Below, one piece after another: positions 26,587 to 41,219 of a stretch of DNA of 64,000 bases (its first letter is position 1; each line of letters starts with the position of its first letter). The stretch lies in the NCBI RefSeq assembly GCF_006345805.1, contig NC_043000.1:127720001-127784000 (forward strand), read 5' to 3'. The translations under genes were made by a program, and so were the position numbers. The notes under the pieces were generated by a model. That model was given only the letters and a program-made list of their open reading frames with translations, ran no database searches and had not been told where the DNA came from. This DNA comes from Octopus sinensis. Its lineage: Eukaryota.

Positions 26587-27619
26587 ATCTATCTATCTGT
26601 CTGTCTGTCTGTCTGTCTATCTACTTATCTATCTAACTTTCTAGCTATCTATTTATCTATCTTCTTTCTTCTTTCTTTCTTTCTTTCTTTCCTTCTTTTT
26701 TTCTTTCTTTCTTTCTATCTATCTATCTATCTATCTATCTCTCTATCTACAAACGTTGAACGGTCTAGCTGTGATGTTTGGTCCCAGAGAAACTTCTCAA
26801 TGACTCGTGTATTAGAAGACATATATGGGAAGTTTCCCCGAAACAAAATAATACGGCTAGCGCCATTATATGCTTGAATATGTATTATAAATGTTTTACC
26901 CAATCCTCTTTAAAAATCTAATATTGTTTGTTTCAAGTGCGCATATTGATTTATCTGTCTATCTATCTACCTAGTAATTTGGGGATGAATGAATATCTCA
27001 CCTATGATATTACATGTAACTAAGGGATGTAGCACTTGGACAAGTGTTACCTCGTTTACTCTATTAGTTTGCTCTATTAGAATACTCGCACACACACACA
27101 CACACACATTTTTAGTATAATCACCATCAGAAAAACTGTCCGGAGGCGGGGTTCCTATAAATGTTAATCATGTAAAAATTTAGCGTGTGGTACATGAGTA
27201 TAAAATTAAAGGATTTACCCAACACAAAAGCTAAAAAGGTGTTTCCGGTATCCACAAAGTTGTCTTTTGACGGAATATCATATTGACTCTTTGGCATTTA
27301 TATCTACTTAATCTAAAAAAAACAAAGCAAGACATAATCTCATTTAAGAAGATATATTTTCATTGCATTTTGTTCTATGCCTTATAACACACACTCACGC
27401 ATTGTTCACCATGCCTTGAGATGTGAATTCAGCGAATAACAAGAGACATTCTCTCATTATATACATATAAAAGAATTAATTATCATTGAAGAAATCATTA
27501 ATACACGTGAAAGGTATTTAGAAAAGGAAAGCCGAATAAATACCTGTAGTCAAATTTAATTACAGCTATCTCAGCGCCTCCTTTTCTTTCAGTCACCGCG
27601 CGTTCTCTTCTAACCCCCG

Positions 27620-27692
<73 letters not shown>

Positions 27693-27824
27693 CTTCTTTC
27701 TTTCTTTCTATCTTTCTTTCTATCTACTTTTCTATGTAACCTGTCACGTCTGTATTTCAGTGCTCTCTGAACCTCAGTCCAGTGATTAGACTAGGAAGTG
27801 GATCTCTCACTTTTCTTTCTCTAC

Positions 27825-27904
<80 letters not shown>

Positions 27905-28073
27905 TAATCCAAACAAGAAAACACAGAAAAAAAGAGAAAAAAACACAGCAACGCAGGACGTGGAACAATTAAAGTATTATTGACGCTCATCCATATATAT
28001 CCATATCTCTCTCTCTCTTTATCTTATATTGTGGCGTTTTCAAACTTCTTTTATATAAATATCCATATATATG

Positions 28074-28166
<93 letters not shown>

Positions 28167-28169
<3 letters not shown>

Positions 28170-28290
28170 AAATGAGGTACTCAGAAGATCGCTAATGATC
28201 TAAGTAAAACGATATGTATATAAAAAATGTAATATATAAATAAAGATCTGTAAATATAAACCATCCGATCTTCTGAGTACCTCATTTCTT
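28167..28290. repeat. Fold-back with perfect 25-bp arms next to (TA)n
   Basis: aagaaatgaggtactcagaagatcg / cgatcttctgagtacctcatttctt. Confidence 0.85.
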
Positions 28291-28343
28291 CTATATAATA
28301 CCTGTACATCATCTCCAAACCTTCCAATATATATATATATATA

Positions 28344-28391
<48 letters not shown>

Positions 28392-28414
28392 GTTGTGTGT
28401 ATGTATATATATAC

Positions 28415-28465
<51 letters not shown>

Positions 28466-28692
28466 TATGTATACATATATATATATATATGTATACACAA
28501 ACTTTGTGTATACAAGTGAAAATGAGTCCCAGCCTCCTGCTGATGCAGTGCTCTTTCCCTCCAGTTGTCACATCCTCGATGTTCCGTTATTTCAAAGGCA
28601 GGAGGGCTAAGAGACTATCTGTATCAATTCGAGATTACACAGGCACCTGAAACAACTAGCGAAAGCGTGGTATAAGCTAGCGAGTAATGACT

Positions 28693-28760
<68 letters not shown>

Positions 28761-29329
28761 TTCGTCTAACTTGCAGTTAAGATAACGGAACCGAAACCAG
28801 AAATATCAATATTAAGCATTATAATTCTATTCAACCTTCAGGCATATTTCCTTCAACCCAACACACTTTCAGGACGAACAGGGTGCTTTTTTCACACAAG
28901 GAAAACAATGGCTGAAATATTTGTGAAATTTGCTTTTGTTCGATAATTCCCAATCAAATATTTCTGACGATGATGATGATCATGATCATAATAATCTTGA
29001 TGATGGTGGTGGTGATGGTGGTGGTGATGATGATAATGTTTTTTGTTACTGTTGGCGGTGGTGCTGGTGTCTACGATGTGTCGTTGTCTTCGTTTTCTAT
29101 TAGGAGTGGCAATAATAAGACACACACACACACACACGCACATCACATGCGTGCAAACACATACACAAACACGCTCGTGCGTGCGTTGTGTCTGTATTCT
29201 TCGTAATTTTCCTTCATTACCAAATGGTGTCACATCATAAATGCAGTATTTCTCATGGGATGGAGCGTGCCCGCTGTGTGGATGGAGGACTGTGAGAACG
29301 GAAAAGGGGGTTAGACAAACTGCCATGTC

Positions 29330-29362
29330 TGGTGGTGGTGATGATGATGATGATAATGATGG

Positions 29363-29450
<88 letters not shown>

Positions 29451-29452
29451 AG

Positions 29453-29484
<32 letters not shown>

Positions 29485-29532
29485 GTGATGGTGGTGGTGG
29501 TGACGATGATGAGGATTATAAATATGATGGTA

Positions 29533-29574
<42 letters not shown>

Positions 29575-29590
29575 GTGGTGATGATGATGG

Positions 29591-29624
<34 letters not shown>

Positions 29625-29625
29625 A
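29330..29625 (+). repeat. (GAT)n/(GGT)n trinucleotide tract
   Basis: Direct reading; source of the poly-D/H/M/I ORFs. Confidence 0.95.
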
Positions 29626-30160
29626 AATAGTTGTATCAAGAAATGAGAGGAGACACATTTCGAAGGTTTGTAAATGAGTAAAAAGATGACTCGCTAACCA
29701 GACGACGGTCGACCTTTATTCTCTACGATCTAAAATAGCTTGCAGACAATAAAGGATTCGCAGAGATAACTACAACAGGTTATTCGTATCAGTCTTCTTT
29801 TATTTCTTCGTGCCAGAAAAAGAGACTTCTTCCAGTACGAGTGGCACTAAAACACAGAACAAGTGAGCTGTACGTGTTCTTACAAAGGCTGTGATTATCG
29901 ATTGGAAATGGACAGTGATGTATATAACGAAAAAGATAAAATAGGTATTTGGATTGTTATCAAAGAATGGGAAAACAACAAATTCCATTTACAACTTTAA
30001 TAATACGAACTATATATAACTAAATACCTTATAGAACTTATTGAACACTGATATCTTTGGATAAGCGTCTTCATCTTGGTTGTTATGGTCACAATGTTTC
30101 GACCGTTGTATTCTCCAGTCACCTTTAGGTGTTTGCTGAAGAGTTATCTTCGTATTATTT

Positions 30161-30558
30161 ACTAGCAGTATCGCCCGGCGTTGCTCGGGTTTGTAAGGGA
30201 AATAACTATATAAGCATTTTTAGAGATGTAAAGTATAATAGCCATCTCAATATGGCTAACCACAAAGGGGGGGTGTTACTGTAGCTTTTTACGTTCTGAG
30301 ATTTAATAATAGATTTTTAGAGAGTTACTTCCCTTATATATGCCAAAAATGCATTAAAAATGGGAAAAATTGATGGTAATTTTTTTTTTAAATCGTAGAC
30401 TCAAGGTAGACGCGCGCTAATACCCAGAAGGGCTCGATATGAATCACGACTATAAGATAACCGGTTTGGGTTAAACTGCACCGCAAAATGTGGGAGTAGT
30501 TAGGAATCTAAATCGTAGGAGACAGACAGCACACAACCTCACTTTTATATATAAAGAT
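30161..30558 (-). mobile_element. Helentron/HINE-like non-autonomous element
   Basis: actagcagtatcgcccggcgttgctcggg ... cttttatatataaagat; same ends as 22421-22863. Confidence 0.55.
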
Positions 30559-32748
30559 TTCCTTACTTCTGATGTTAATTTGTCGTTCTGTGTGAAGTCA
30601 AGTATATATATTTGTAGTTTAGTTAATGAGCATAAGTTCAGTTCCTAGATCAGTCAAAGAGTATGTATCTTTCATTCCTTTCAGACTTAGACTGCAGCCA
30701 TGCTGGAACACCACCTTGAAGAATTTTTAACTGAAAGAATCGACCCTAAGATTTTTTTTAAAGCCTGGTCCTTATTCTGTCGATATAATCGACAATTTTC
30801 CTCCTCAAAATTTTACGCCTATGTTACAACTCAATATTTCGAATATTATTTCTGTTGGTAATAATTCTTTATTCAAGTTAAGCATTCTTAAGATGTTTTA
30901 ATTTTCTGTCTTTCAATATCTTTGACTGAGATTGTGTGTACTTATGAGTGTGTTTATGAATGTAAATGAGAATATATCTAGTGTGTACGTACCTCTATAA
31001 AACTGAAAAAATAGAAAGTCGCCATCATTATATTGAATAGAACAGAAAACTAAACTTTACAACAAAGAGAAACATAAAGAAAAAACAGATCTATAGTTAA
31101 ACAAACTTTACCGCTTATACGCGTGACTATTTCTTTAGGCGTGGTCCTTATAACAGCTCTTGATAGATCTTAAGTATAGAATCTCTTTGCAAAGGCAATC
31201 GTCTTTCAAGTAGGAACAATCAGCGAATATTACAATAGTTTCTTATTTGAATACTTTCTGCTGTTAGACCACAAATTAAATAAGAGCGTGAAAACAGACG
31301 ACAACTACGAAAGCGGACGAAATACGAAAACTGACAACGATAACAATATTTCTTAGATACAAATATAATAGTATTTCCTCATGTAAGCAATAGAGTTTTA
31401 GGCATTTTCCCTTATTTCTCTTCTTTATTTGCATTTCAGATTGAAATTAATGAAAAAAAAATATGAATTGTACGTGGGCGATATTGCAATTATTTTCTTC
31501 CAATTTCCGTTTATTTTTCTCACTCAATATATTCTTTCTTATTGAAATTCCTTAGCAGCAATCTTTGTGGTGGTATTGATTTTGTCTTAATTCATTCAAT
31601 AAATTAATATTAAGTTGAGCTAACCTATAATCACAGGTATTCCAACTATCATAACCAACACACCTTTCTCATGAGTACGGCGTATCAAGAACTTTAGTTC
31701 CTCTCTTTTTAAAAATGTTTTCCTCTTTTCAAGATGGCAAGATATAATATGAGAGAGAATTAGCTGCTATTTCTACCATGTTACACAATCACACAAAGAC
31801 TTCCTAGTTGACTCAATGCGTACTTTTTTGTTAGTTTTAGTTTGTTTTGTTTTTCGTCTTAATCAAAGAAGGTCGGGTAGCACGCTTCTTACCTTTTCAC
31901 AGCCTCCAAATTTGGTAAAAGGGAAAATGGGAGGAGGTTATACCTGAGGCCAGAGACCTGACCCGGAGTCTTTTAACAGAATACACTCCACTAAAGGCTC
32001 CCAAAGACCGTGTGATGGTATTAAAACGGGTGCTGAATGTGCAAATATACCGAAACATGATGAAAGCCACCATATTGCTGAAAATGAAAGAAATGGTAAC
32101 ATTTAATAAAGAATGGTGATCTTTATTTCAAATTTTATTTGGTCATCTTCCTTTGCAATCTACTTTTTGTGTTGGTTACCTTCTTTATAATGTCAAGATG
32201 ACATTCTCTAATAGCTTTAACATAAAAGGATAAAGTGATAAAAGAATCATCTTACATAACGATTCAGAAATTTCTTTTGATTATACTGCTTGAGAAGACT
32301 GTTTGTTGGAGGAGAAGTTTCATTGAGTGAAGTCATTTTAATATGTTACAAAGAAGCGAAAGGGGCGTGTAGAAAAGGAATAAAAATGCCGGTTCATCAA
32401 TTGGATGTTTAAATTTCCCGCAGGTGTTTCACTAAACTGCTGAACACGACGTTCAATTCTACACGGTTTCAGGTCACTTATTTGCAGTGAAAAGGTAACA
32501 GTCTATTGCTAACTGCGTGCAAACCATAAGGATTCATTACTACTGGAATTGGCATTAAGCATCGGTACAATGGGGTCCAAATTATTTCTTTAGTTCTAGA
32601 GAATTCAAGGACAACGTTGACCCTTGGAATGATTTGAACCCAGAAAGAGTGAGAGGGGGAGGGAGAGCGGGAGAGACGAAGATAAACACTTACAGAAACG
32701 TAGTTATATATTTCTGAGTTTGACCATCTCACAAGTCTTGTTATATAT

Positions 32749-32964
32749 GGTTTCAAATTTTGGCACAAAGCCAGCAAATTTAAGGGGAGGGTGAGTCGAT
32801 TACACCGACCCCGGTGCTCAACTGCTACTTGGTCTATTGACCCCAAAGAGATGAAAGGTAAGGTCGACCTCAGTAATATATCAACTCAGAACATAAAGAG
32901 CCGAAAGGAATGCCACTAAGCATTTTGTTCGACGCGGTAACGATTCTGGCAGCTCACCGCCTTA
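32749..32964 (-). mobile_element. SINE family A, tail 2
   Basis: Reverse complement of 10597-10803; imperfect TSD agtcttgtt(a/t)ta. Confidence 0.7.
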
Positions 32965-33312
32965 GTCTTGTTTTATAGTTACAAATTTCTTTATTTGACT
33001 TAATTTGAGAGAAGCTAAAATCGATAAACCAATCCTAGCGATTAAATCGTACTTTATTTTATTCACCTAGAAAAGGTTTTATCACAAACGGTTTGAGTTA
33101 AAGAATAAATATAAGTGAAGGAGGAAAATTTAGCAGAGATGACTAGTAGCTGGAATTTGAGTGTCATGATGTATTTAATAAATATAAGAGAAAGGTGAAA
33201 ATTACAGCAGAGACAGCTCAGTATTAACAGGAAAAGCTGAATTTTATCCCTGTAGCTGAACAAGAGGAAGAAAGAAATTCAAGTTAGAAAAAGAAAGATG
33301 GCTGTTGGTCAC

Positions 33313-33386
<74 letters not shown>

Positions 33387-33453
33387 TATATATATTATAT
33401 ATATGTATATATATATGTATGTATATGTATATATATGTATATGTATGTATATG

Positions 33454-33484
<31 letters not shown>

Positions 33485-33984
33485 GTATGTATATATATGT
33501 ATATATATATGCATCTATACCAATAGACAAAGAATTTCATAAAACAATAATTTTGAACATCATGACAACTAAAAGGAAAATATAATGCATTAATTCATAA
33601 CACATGTATTTACACGTTGTGTACGCACGCACACACACAGACATATTTACAGATATACGTACAATACATACATGTTCTTGTACACTTTTCAATTGGCAAT
33701 AATCACACATCGGTTGCACCACAATTGCTGTGAACTCATCACTGCCTAAAACTCTGTTGCATATGTGTACGTGATTATTTCTCTGTGTGTGTGTGTGTGT
33801 GTGTAAGTGTGTGCATGCGTGTGTGTTTGTTTGTGTCTGTGTGTGTGCGTGTGTGTGTGTGTGTGTACTCATCCATGTGTCTGCATACATGCAACGTTTC
33901 TTGGTCTGTCACACTCTAACCTCTCATCACCTGACACAAGGGCCACCTCCTTCAACTCCCCCTTCACAAAGGATCTTTGTCTTG

Positions 33985-34264
33985 CAAGTTACCTGGTGAC
34001 CCCACCAGTGCTTGTGCCATGTAAAAAGCATCCCGTCCACACTGTAAAGTGGCTGGCATTAGGAAGAGTATACAGCTTTAAAAATCATGTCAGTGTAGGT
34101 ACAACATAAAAAGCATTCTGTAACTTGGTTGGCATTAGGAAGGGCATCTAGCTATAAAAGCCATACGAAAACAGGCAGTGAAGCATAGTGCTGTTCTCTG
34201 GCTTGCCAGCTCCAGTCAAACCGACCAACCCATGCCAGCATGGAAAACGGATGTTAAATGATGA
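33985..34264 (+). mobile_element. RTE-related 3' end repeat (also 51420-51572)
   Basis: ggcattaggaagggcatc...aacccatgccagcatggaaaacggatgttaaatgatgat. Confidence 0.5.
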
Positions 34265-34376
34265 TCAAAAAAAAAAGAATCACTAGCTAACAACAAAGAT
34301 TTGAACTTATTGCTGTAGGGTCAGTAGCCAAGCAGGTCAGTAGCCAAGTCAGTGCGCATCCTATATGCGAGGGGAG

Positions 34377-34610
34377 AAAGGCGGCGAGCTGGCAGACACG
34401 TTAGCGCGCCGGGCGAAATGCTTAGCGGTATTTCGTCTGTCGTTACGTTCTGAGTTCAAATTCCGCTGAGGTCGACTTTGCCGTTCATCCTTTCGGGGTC
34501 GATAAATAAAGTATCAGTTTCGCACTGGGGTCGATGTAATCGACTTAATCCGTTTATCTGTCCTTGTTTGTCCCCTCTATGTTTAGCCCCTTGTGGGCAA
34601 TAAAGAAATA
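34377..34610 (+). mobile_element. SINE family A, full length, tail 1
   Basis: TSD tatatgcg(a/g)gggga at 34362-34375 and 34611-34624. Confidence 0.88.
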
Positions 34611-34789
34611 TATATGCGGGGGGATGAGGTGGCATGGGAATCCTCTTTAAGAAAGAATCATGTTCCATATCGAGGATATGACAGACACCAGTCAGTCTAT
34701 CTGGATATCACACCAGGTAGCTGGTCATTCAAAGTAGGAAATGTGGCATTAAGCTTCACAAGGGTAAAAGTCAGGGTTTTCACTCTCAA

Positions 34790-35180
34790 TTTATCTTTTA
34801 CATGTTTCAATTGTGACTGTGGCCATACTGGGGCACTACCTTGACGGGTTTAGTCAAACAAATCAACCCGAGTACCTATTTTTATAAAACCTTGTCTCCA
34901 TTCTGTCAATCTCTTTTGCTGAACAGCTAAGTAACATGGTTGTAAATAAAACACCATCAGTTGTCAAGTGGTGATGAAGACATTCACAAAGATACACACA
35001 CACACACACACATGACAGGCTTCTACACAGTTTCTACCAACCAAATTCAAACTCTTAGGCATTAATCAACCAGGGCTATAGTAGAAGACACTTGCCCAAG
35101 GTGCTGGGCAGTGGTACTGAACCCAAAACCATCCGGCCGAGAAGCAGACTTCTTAACCAACCAGTAAAACCTGCACCTAA
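34790..35180 (-). mobile_element. SINE family B copy (diverged)
   Basis: Tail, (CA)n and head in minus orientation. Confidence 0.65.
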
Positions 35181-35457
35181 ACATTGGTAAGTTCTCTTTG
35201 ATGGCATTTCATACTTGGTTAATCTTTGGAAACGGAAGTGGTTGAAGAGTTCTTTGTTGCTTCATAATTGCATAGATAGGCTCTTTGCGCAGCCAAAGCT
35301 CTCTCATAAAGAATCGGCTCCATCGACGCAGCGTACAGTGTGTGCTGAATATCCGTGACTGACTATCCAGTCACCCTGTTTTGGCAACAGTTCTTTGTTG
35401 GGGGCTGGCGGTAAACACACACGCCCACATGCAAAAATATACACATATGTGTGTCAC

Positions 35458-35940
35458 AAGGCTGCCAAACAAATCTGACATGAACTCATAGAATTCATAG
35501 GGCAGACCATCCAATAGTTCATTGCCTTCCATATTTCCACAGATTTTTATAGAACCTTGTGTCTGCTGCTGAGTGCTGAGGCAGGCTGCCCAGGTACGAA
35601 ATAAAGTACGCTGCTGTTATTGACCCTTTGTCCAACTCAAACAGTCATGTCAAGTGCTTCTAGTAGGCCACACACATCTCGGAACTGAGTAGCATGTGCC
35701 CATCCTGGCGCATCGTAGACTGATTTTGGCTTTGTTGTCATGTCATGTCTCCACTGTCCAGGCCCATCGGATGGTTTTAGTTCCTTCGCGTTTGAGTGCA
35801 CAGGCCTTAGCTCTGACAACAAAACCTTCATGATTCACCTTGAAGAAATGGTCAAGTGCCATTCCTGCTGCTAACATGTCTGTTGTGATGCCTTTACTAA
35901 CAGCCATTTTTACTTTGCTAACCACTTCTCCCTCCAATCT
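35458..35940 (-). mobile_element. Tx1/L1-clade LINE internal fragment
   Basis: EGFVVRAKACALKREGTKT (GAxVRSR...EGEK region) and LDGLPYEFYEFMSDLFGSL (GxDGLPxEFY motif), with stops and frameshifts. Confidence 0.75.
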
Positions 35941-36090
35941 ATTTCTTTCTATTGATAACTCTTCACTGAATGCTACTGATTCTATTTTCTTCAGGGCAAA
36001 CTAGAACTACCATCAACTGCCACTTAACTAGTTCCCTAATCTGGTCCCTAGTATATATATATATATTATATATATAATATATATATACAG

Positions 36091-36155
<65 letters not shown>

Positions 36156-36197
36156 AAAGAATAAAAGACGAAGACAGGTGGTGGTAGAATATATATA

Positions 36198-36293
<96 letters not shown>

Positions 36294-36788
36294 TACATAT
36301 ATAAACATATATATACATATGTATACATATATATACACTTACATACACACACACTCATATGTGCGTGTCTTTGTGTCTGTTTGTTCCCCCACATCCCTTT
36401 TGACAACCGGTGTAGTGTGTTTACATCCCCGTAACTCAGCAAAAGGGGCCGATAGAATAAGTACTAGGCTTATAAAGAATAAGTTCTGGGATCGATTTTT
36501 TCGACTAAAAAAAAAAACCTTTAAGGCGGTATCAAAATAACGGAAACAGTCAAAATGGCCGCAGTCAAAATGACTGAAGCAAATAAAAGGATAAAAGGAT
36601 TTTAAAATTTCATTTTATTTTATTCTTTCAGATGTTTCTATCATAAGATTGCAGTTATATGCTGGGGGTGGAAACCGCCTCGGCAGGTTAGGCAATCAAA
36701 TCGATCCCGGTACTTATTCTAAATCTAACACTTATTCTAACGAGAACGTAAGCAAACCAAAACAGCAGTAGCAGCAGCAGCAACAGTC

Positions 36789-36862
<74 letters not shown>

Positions 36863-37918
36863 TATGGTGTTGGGACAGTTTGAGGGAGAGTAGGTGGTGG
36901 TGGTGGTCGCTATTGGATCGGTCGGTCACCGATGGCGTTACAGGCCAACAACAACTAATATATCGTGTAAATAGTTGGTTGCTGAAGAACAATGAATGCG
37001 GAAATTAAAACCACGACAACAAAACATCAAAGACATTCTTGCAATATGTTCATAAAAATGGCACACACACACACACACACGCATGCACACATTGAGGCAG
37101 ACATACATACATTCATGCACACACACGAATATAAATACGTACACACATACATACACACGCGCACGCACACACGAGCACACACACATACACACACATTGAG
37201 GCAGACACACACACACGCGCACATGCACACACACACACACATCGAGGCAGACATACATACATTCATACACACACATACACAAATATACACATACATACAC
37301 ACATGCATACACACACACACACACGCACGCACACACACACAAAGACAGGCATGCACACGAACGCATACGCACAGAAGCAAACACATTCGTACTCACACAC
37401 GTCGATGCACACACACTTACGCACGCGCGCGCACACACACACATACTCATACACGACTGCTTCAGAAACTAGCGACTGTTTTATTAATATTTCCATTCCA
37501 TCCGTAACATATATTCTTTCGGTTGAATATTACATATCTATTCATATCATTATGTATTTAGCTTTATTCATAATTTTCACATTTCGACTGGTCATTTTTT
37601 CTAATATCATTTCTTGCTAGTATTGTTGTTATTATTAGTATTGACTGAAATCACACTTATTCTTGATATTTATTTTCTTTTATGTTTATTTTTGATATAC
37701 TCGCTAGACTCGACTCCTGTTTCTCATTTCATCTATTGTTGTTTTTCAGCCGAACCAACCAAGATCGGACAGATGATGAAATGCATTCTATCCGTGACCA
37801 GCCTGACTTTTCGTATATCAAGAATTACATCTAATATGGCTTCCCTTTTAAAGGCAATAGAGAAAAATTTTAGGGATATTTGGCTAGTATTTCTGGCAGG
37901 TCAGTAACCACAAAAGTT

Positions 37919-38098
37919 ATTTCGTCTGCCGTTACGCTCTGAGTTCAAATTCCGCCGAGGTCGACTTTGTCTTTCATCCTTTCGGGGTCAATTAAATAAG
38001 TACCAGTTACGCACTAAGGTCGATATAATCGACTTAATCCGTTTGTCCGTCCTTGTTTGTCCTCCCTGTGTTTAGCCCTTTGTGGGTAGTAAAGAAAT
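37919..38098 (+). mobile_element. 5'-truncated SINE family A with 16-bp TSD
   Basis: TSD agtaaccacaaaagtt at 37903-37918 and 38099-38114. Confidence 0.85.
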
Positions 38099-39188
38099 AG
38101 TAACCACAAAAGTTTCTCTCGTTGGTTAGTATATATGTCAAATCCTCTTCGCCCTTCCTCCCTCCGTCTCGCGCCCTCTCCCTCCCCCCCTCTCTCTCTC
38201 TCTCACACACACACTATTCCTATCTTTTTAGCTCAATCTCAATCTATCTCTCCTTCAACTCTCTCTACCTCCCCTCTTTCAGTTATAATATTGAATGAAC
38301 AAATCCTTTTGCAAAGATAAAAGTTCTTTAGGCGCGAAAATATAATCATTTTTTTTTCTCTTTTTATGGTTACGCATGGGTAAACACAAAAGCTAAAGTT
38401 GATATGATATCTCGTTGAGAGAATTGCACGCATCAATGCACACACATATACGGATGCACGCAAGCAGGTGTGTGTGCGTGTGTGTGCGTGTGCGTGTGTG
38501 CGTGTGTGCGTGTGTGCGTGTGCGTGCGTGAGTGCGTGTGTGTTGTAGTTTTCGAAGAACGGAAGGACCAGAGTTCAATAGAGGACTCAATACAGGATAT
38601 GTGTAGAGAATATCCTTTCTTTTTTTTTCTTTTTTTCAACTGGTGTGTTGCTCTACAGCTGCACAAGCGGGCAAGTGTTTCAAACCACGGTCATATTTTT
38701 ACAAATGTCATTCTCATATGTAACTGGAATATAATCTGTAAGCGAAACAGTAAAACAATGCAAGACTTTTCTCAGTTTTGTAATAAGACATTGTTTTCGT
38801 TATCTACATTCCAAAGATGGAGCTTTGTATCTTTGTCAGAAACCAGCTCCTTCTTCAGACACATATATCGTTTGTATGTATGTATGTATGTATGGATGGA
38901 TGGATGGATGATGGATGGATGGATGGATTTGTGCGTTTGTGTTTGTGTACGTACGTATATATTTCATGCATGTGCGTGTATGTACGTATAGATTTCAAAT
39001 ATCGTATACATATAGAATATTGAGTCCCTACAAACGGTTAACTTTGACATCAGGCTAAAGCGAGTACGTTTTGTCGAGGGGGCACATGTAAACATACATC
39101 ATCACATCCATAACATTCACAGAATGTGATGAGTATTTTCAGCAGGTTGAGTGACCGGATGAAGGTTGTTAACATTGTTGCTATTGTC

Positions 39189-39297
39189 GCTTACGGCCAT
39201 ATCACGCTGCATGCACCGGTTCTCGTCCGATCACCAAAGTCGAGCCTAGTGAGTACTTAGATGGGTGACTACTTGGGAAACCTAGGAGCTGTAAGCA
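39189..39297 (+). pseudogene. 5S rRNA pseudogene with internal deletion
   Basis: GCTTACGGCCATATCACGCTG...GTTCTCGTCCGATC...AGTACTTAGATGGGTGAC...GCTGTAAGC follows eukaryotic 5S; about 10 nt of the box A region is missing; T-run follows. Confidence 0.85.
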
Positions 39298-40468
39298 TCT
39301 CACTTTTTTTTTTAAGGTAGCGTACAAGCAGAATTGGTTGCTTGCAGAGCAAAATGCTTAGCTGCATTTCGTCTGCCTTTAGGTTCTGAGTTCAAATTCC
39401 ACCTTTTATCCTTTCGGGGGTCGATAAAATATGTACCAGTTGAGTACTGGGGTTGATGTAATTGACTTTTTCCCTTCCCCAGAATTATTGGCTTGTGCCA
39501 AAATTTGAAACCGTTATTGTTGTTATTTAGTCCAAGGCTAATTCCTAATCTAGTAAATCTGTGATTAAACGTCATAGTCCTCCAGTCTTTTTTTCTTTTG
39601 TTTTTAAGACTTAGTGTTTCCTAGAGCTGTAAGGCACATAGCCTAGTGGTTAAGGCACTGGGCCTACGGTCAAGGATTCATAGGTTCTATTCTTGAACCG
39701 CGTGGTACATTGAATCCTTGAGCAAGGCACTTTACTTCACGTTGCTCCAGTCTATTTAGCCGTCTTCCTTCCTGTTGTTACATCTTCGATATTCTACTGA
39801 GTTACATTTTTGATGGTTGAGAAGATGTCTGTGTCTATTCACAACTACTTAGGCACCTGAAGCAATTAGCAAAAGCATAGTACATGCTACGAGAGCATAC
39901 TTGCCTGCGAATGGTGGTTTGTTTTATCCAAGGACATATCCAATATGTCGTTTCGTTTTTAAGAGTGTAATTCAAGAAAGATGTGGTTATAATCAATTTT
40001 TTTCGAGGACTACATTGTCCCCGTTTTTAAGTATATGGGGTATGATTTCAGGGAGACTTAATTGCGATTTCTATGAAGTGAAACGACCAATTAGAAACTT
40101 TCTTCTTTAATGTAGAATCGTTTCTGAAATACGTACAACAACCGTCACTGATTCATGATTAATGATACTGGAATAATGAAATTAAACGGAACAATGTCAA
40201 ATAAATCAGTTAGGTTGATCGATAATTGTGGAGGAGACAGGAAATTGATTGATTTTTCTATCTCTGTCAATCCTGCAGTGATTCACATTAATAAAGCCAT
40301 TATTACAGTAGTTATAACAGTAATTATTGGTATTGATCATTGGCGAGTGTAGGAATCGTCGCAAATCACCGATGGCTGTGTGGTGAAAAAGATCGCTTTG
40401 CTGCTATGCGGTTCTGGGTTTGATCGCATTGTGAATGAAATTTCATAGTAGGAAATTATGTGGAATCT

Positions 40469-40533
<65 letters not shown>

Positions 40534-40811
40534 CGCCAATGTGCATCTGCAAATCACCGGTGAGAAAATTAGGGGGAAATTGCAGTACTCTTTGGATGAA
40601 GTTCTTTATTCTTTTATTCTTTTACTTGTTTCAGTCAGTTTGACTGGCCATGCTGGAGCACTGCCTTTCAGTCGAACAAATCGACTTATTCTTTGTAAGC
40701 CTGATACTTACTCTATCGGTCATTTTTGCCAAACCTAAGTTATAGGGAGGTAAACACACCAAGATCGGTTGTCAAGCAGTGGTGAAAGGACAAACACGGA
40801 CACAAACTCAC

Positions 40812-40886
<75 letters not shown>

Positions 40887-40888
<2 letters not shown>

Positions 40889-41219
40889 TATTAAAATAAC
40901 TAAGTCTCTCTAAAAGAGAACAGCGGCAGCGTTCCCGGAAAATAATAGTTATCGCCATACTAATATGGCATTCTTATAAAAATAAGAAAAAAGCGACACC
41001 TACTGGCTGGCTACGCTGCATTGAAAAGGGGCAATACTCCGAAACGCGTCTGTAGCTGCCGGTCAAGTAGTGTGGAGCGACTGACCTCCCTTGTTCGAAG
41101 GTTATATGGATACAGTTTGTGTATCAAATAGCTAACTTAAGGCGATGGCCTCATGGAGCTAATAAGCGGACAGCTTTTTTCTTATTTTTATAAGAATGCC
41201 ATATTAGTATGGCGATAAC

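Noticed and set aside
31922-32116. Met-less open frame of about 65 codons (GKWEEVIPEARD...) and exon-like segment 32423-32493
   Set aside because: The strong acceptor puts a stop in frame, all frames of the second segment stop, and no protein is recognisable.
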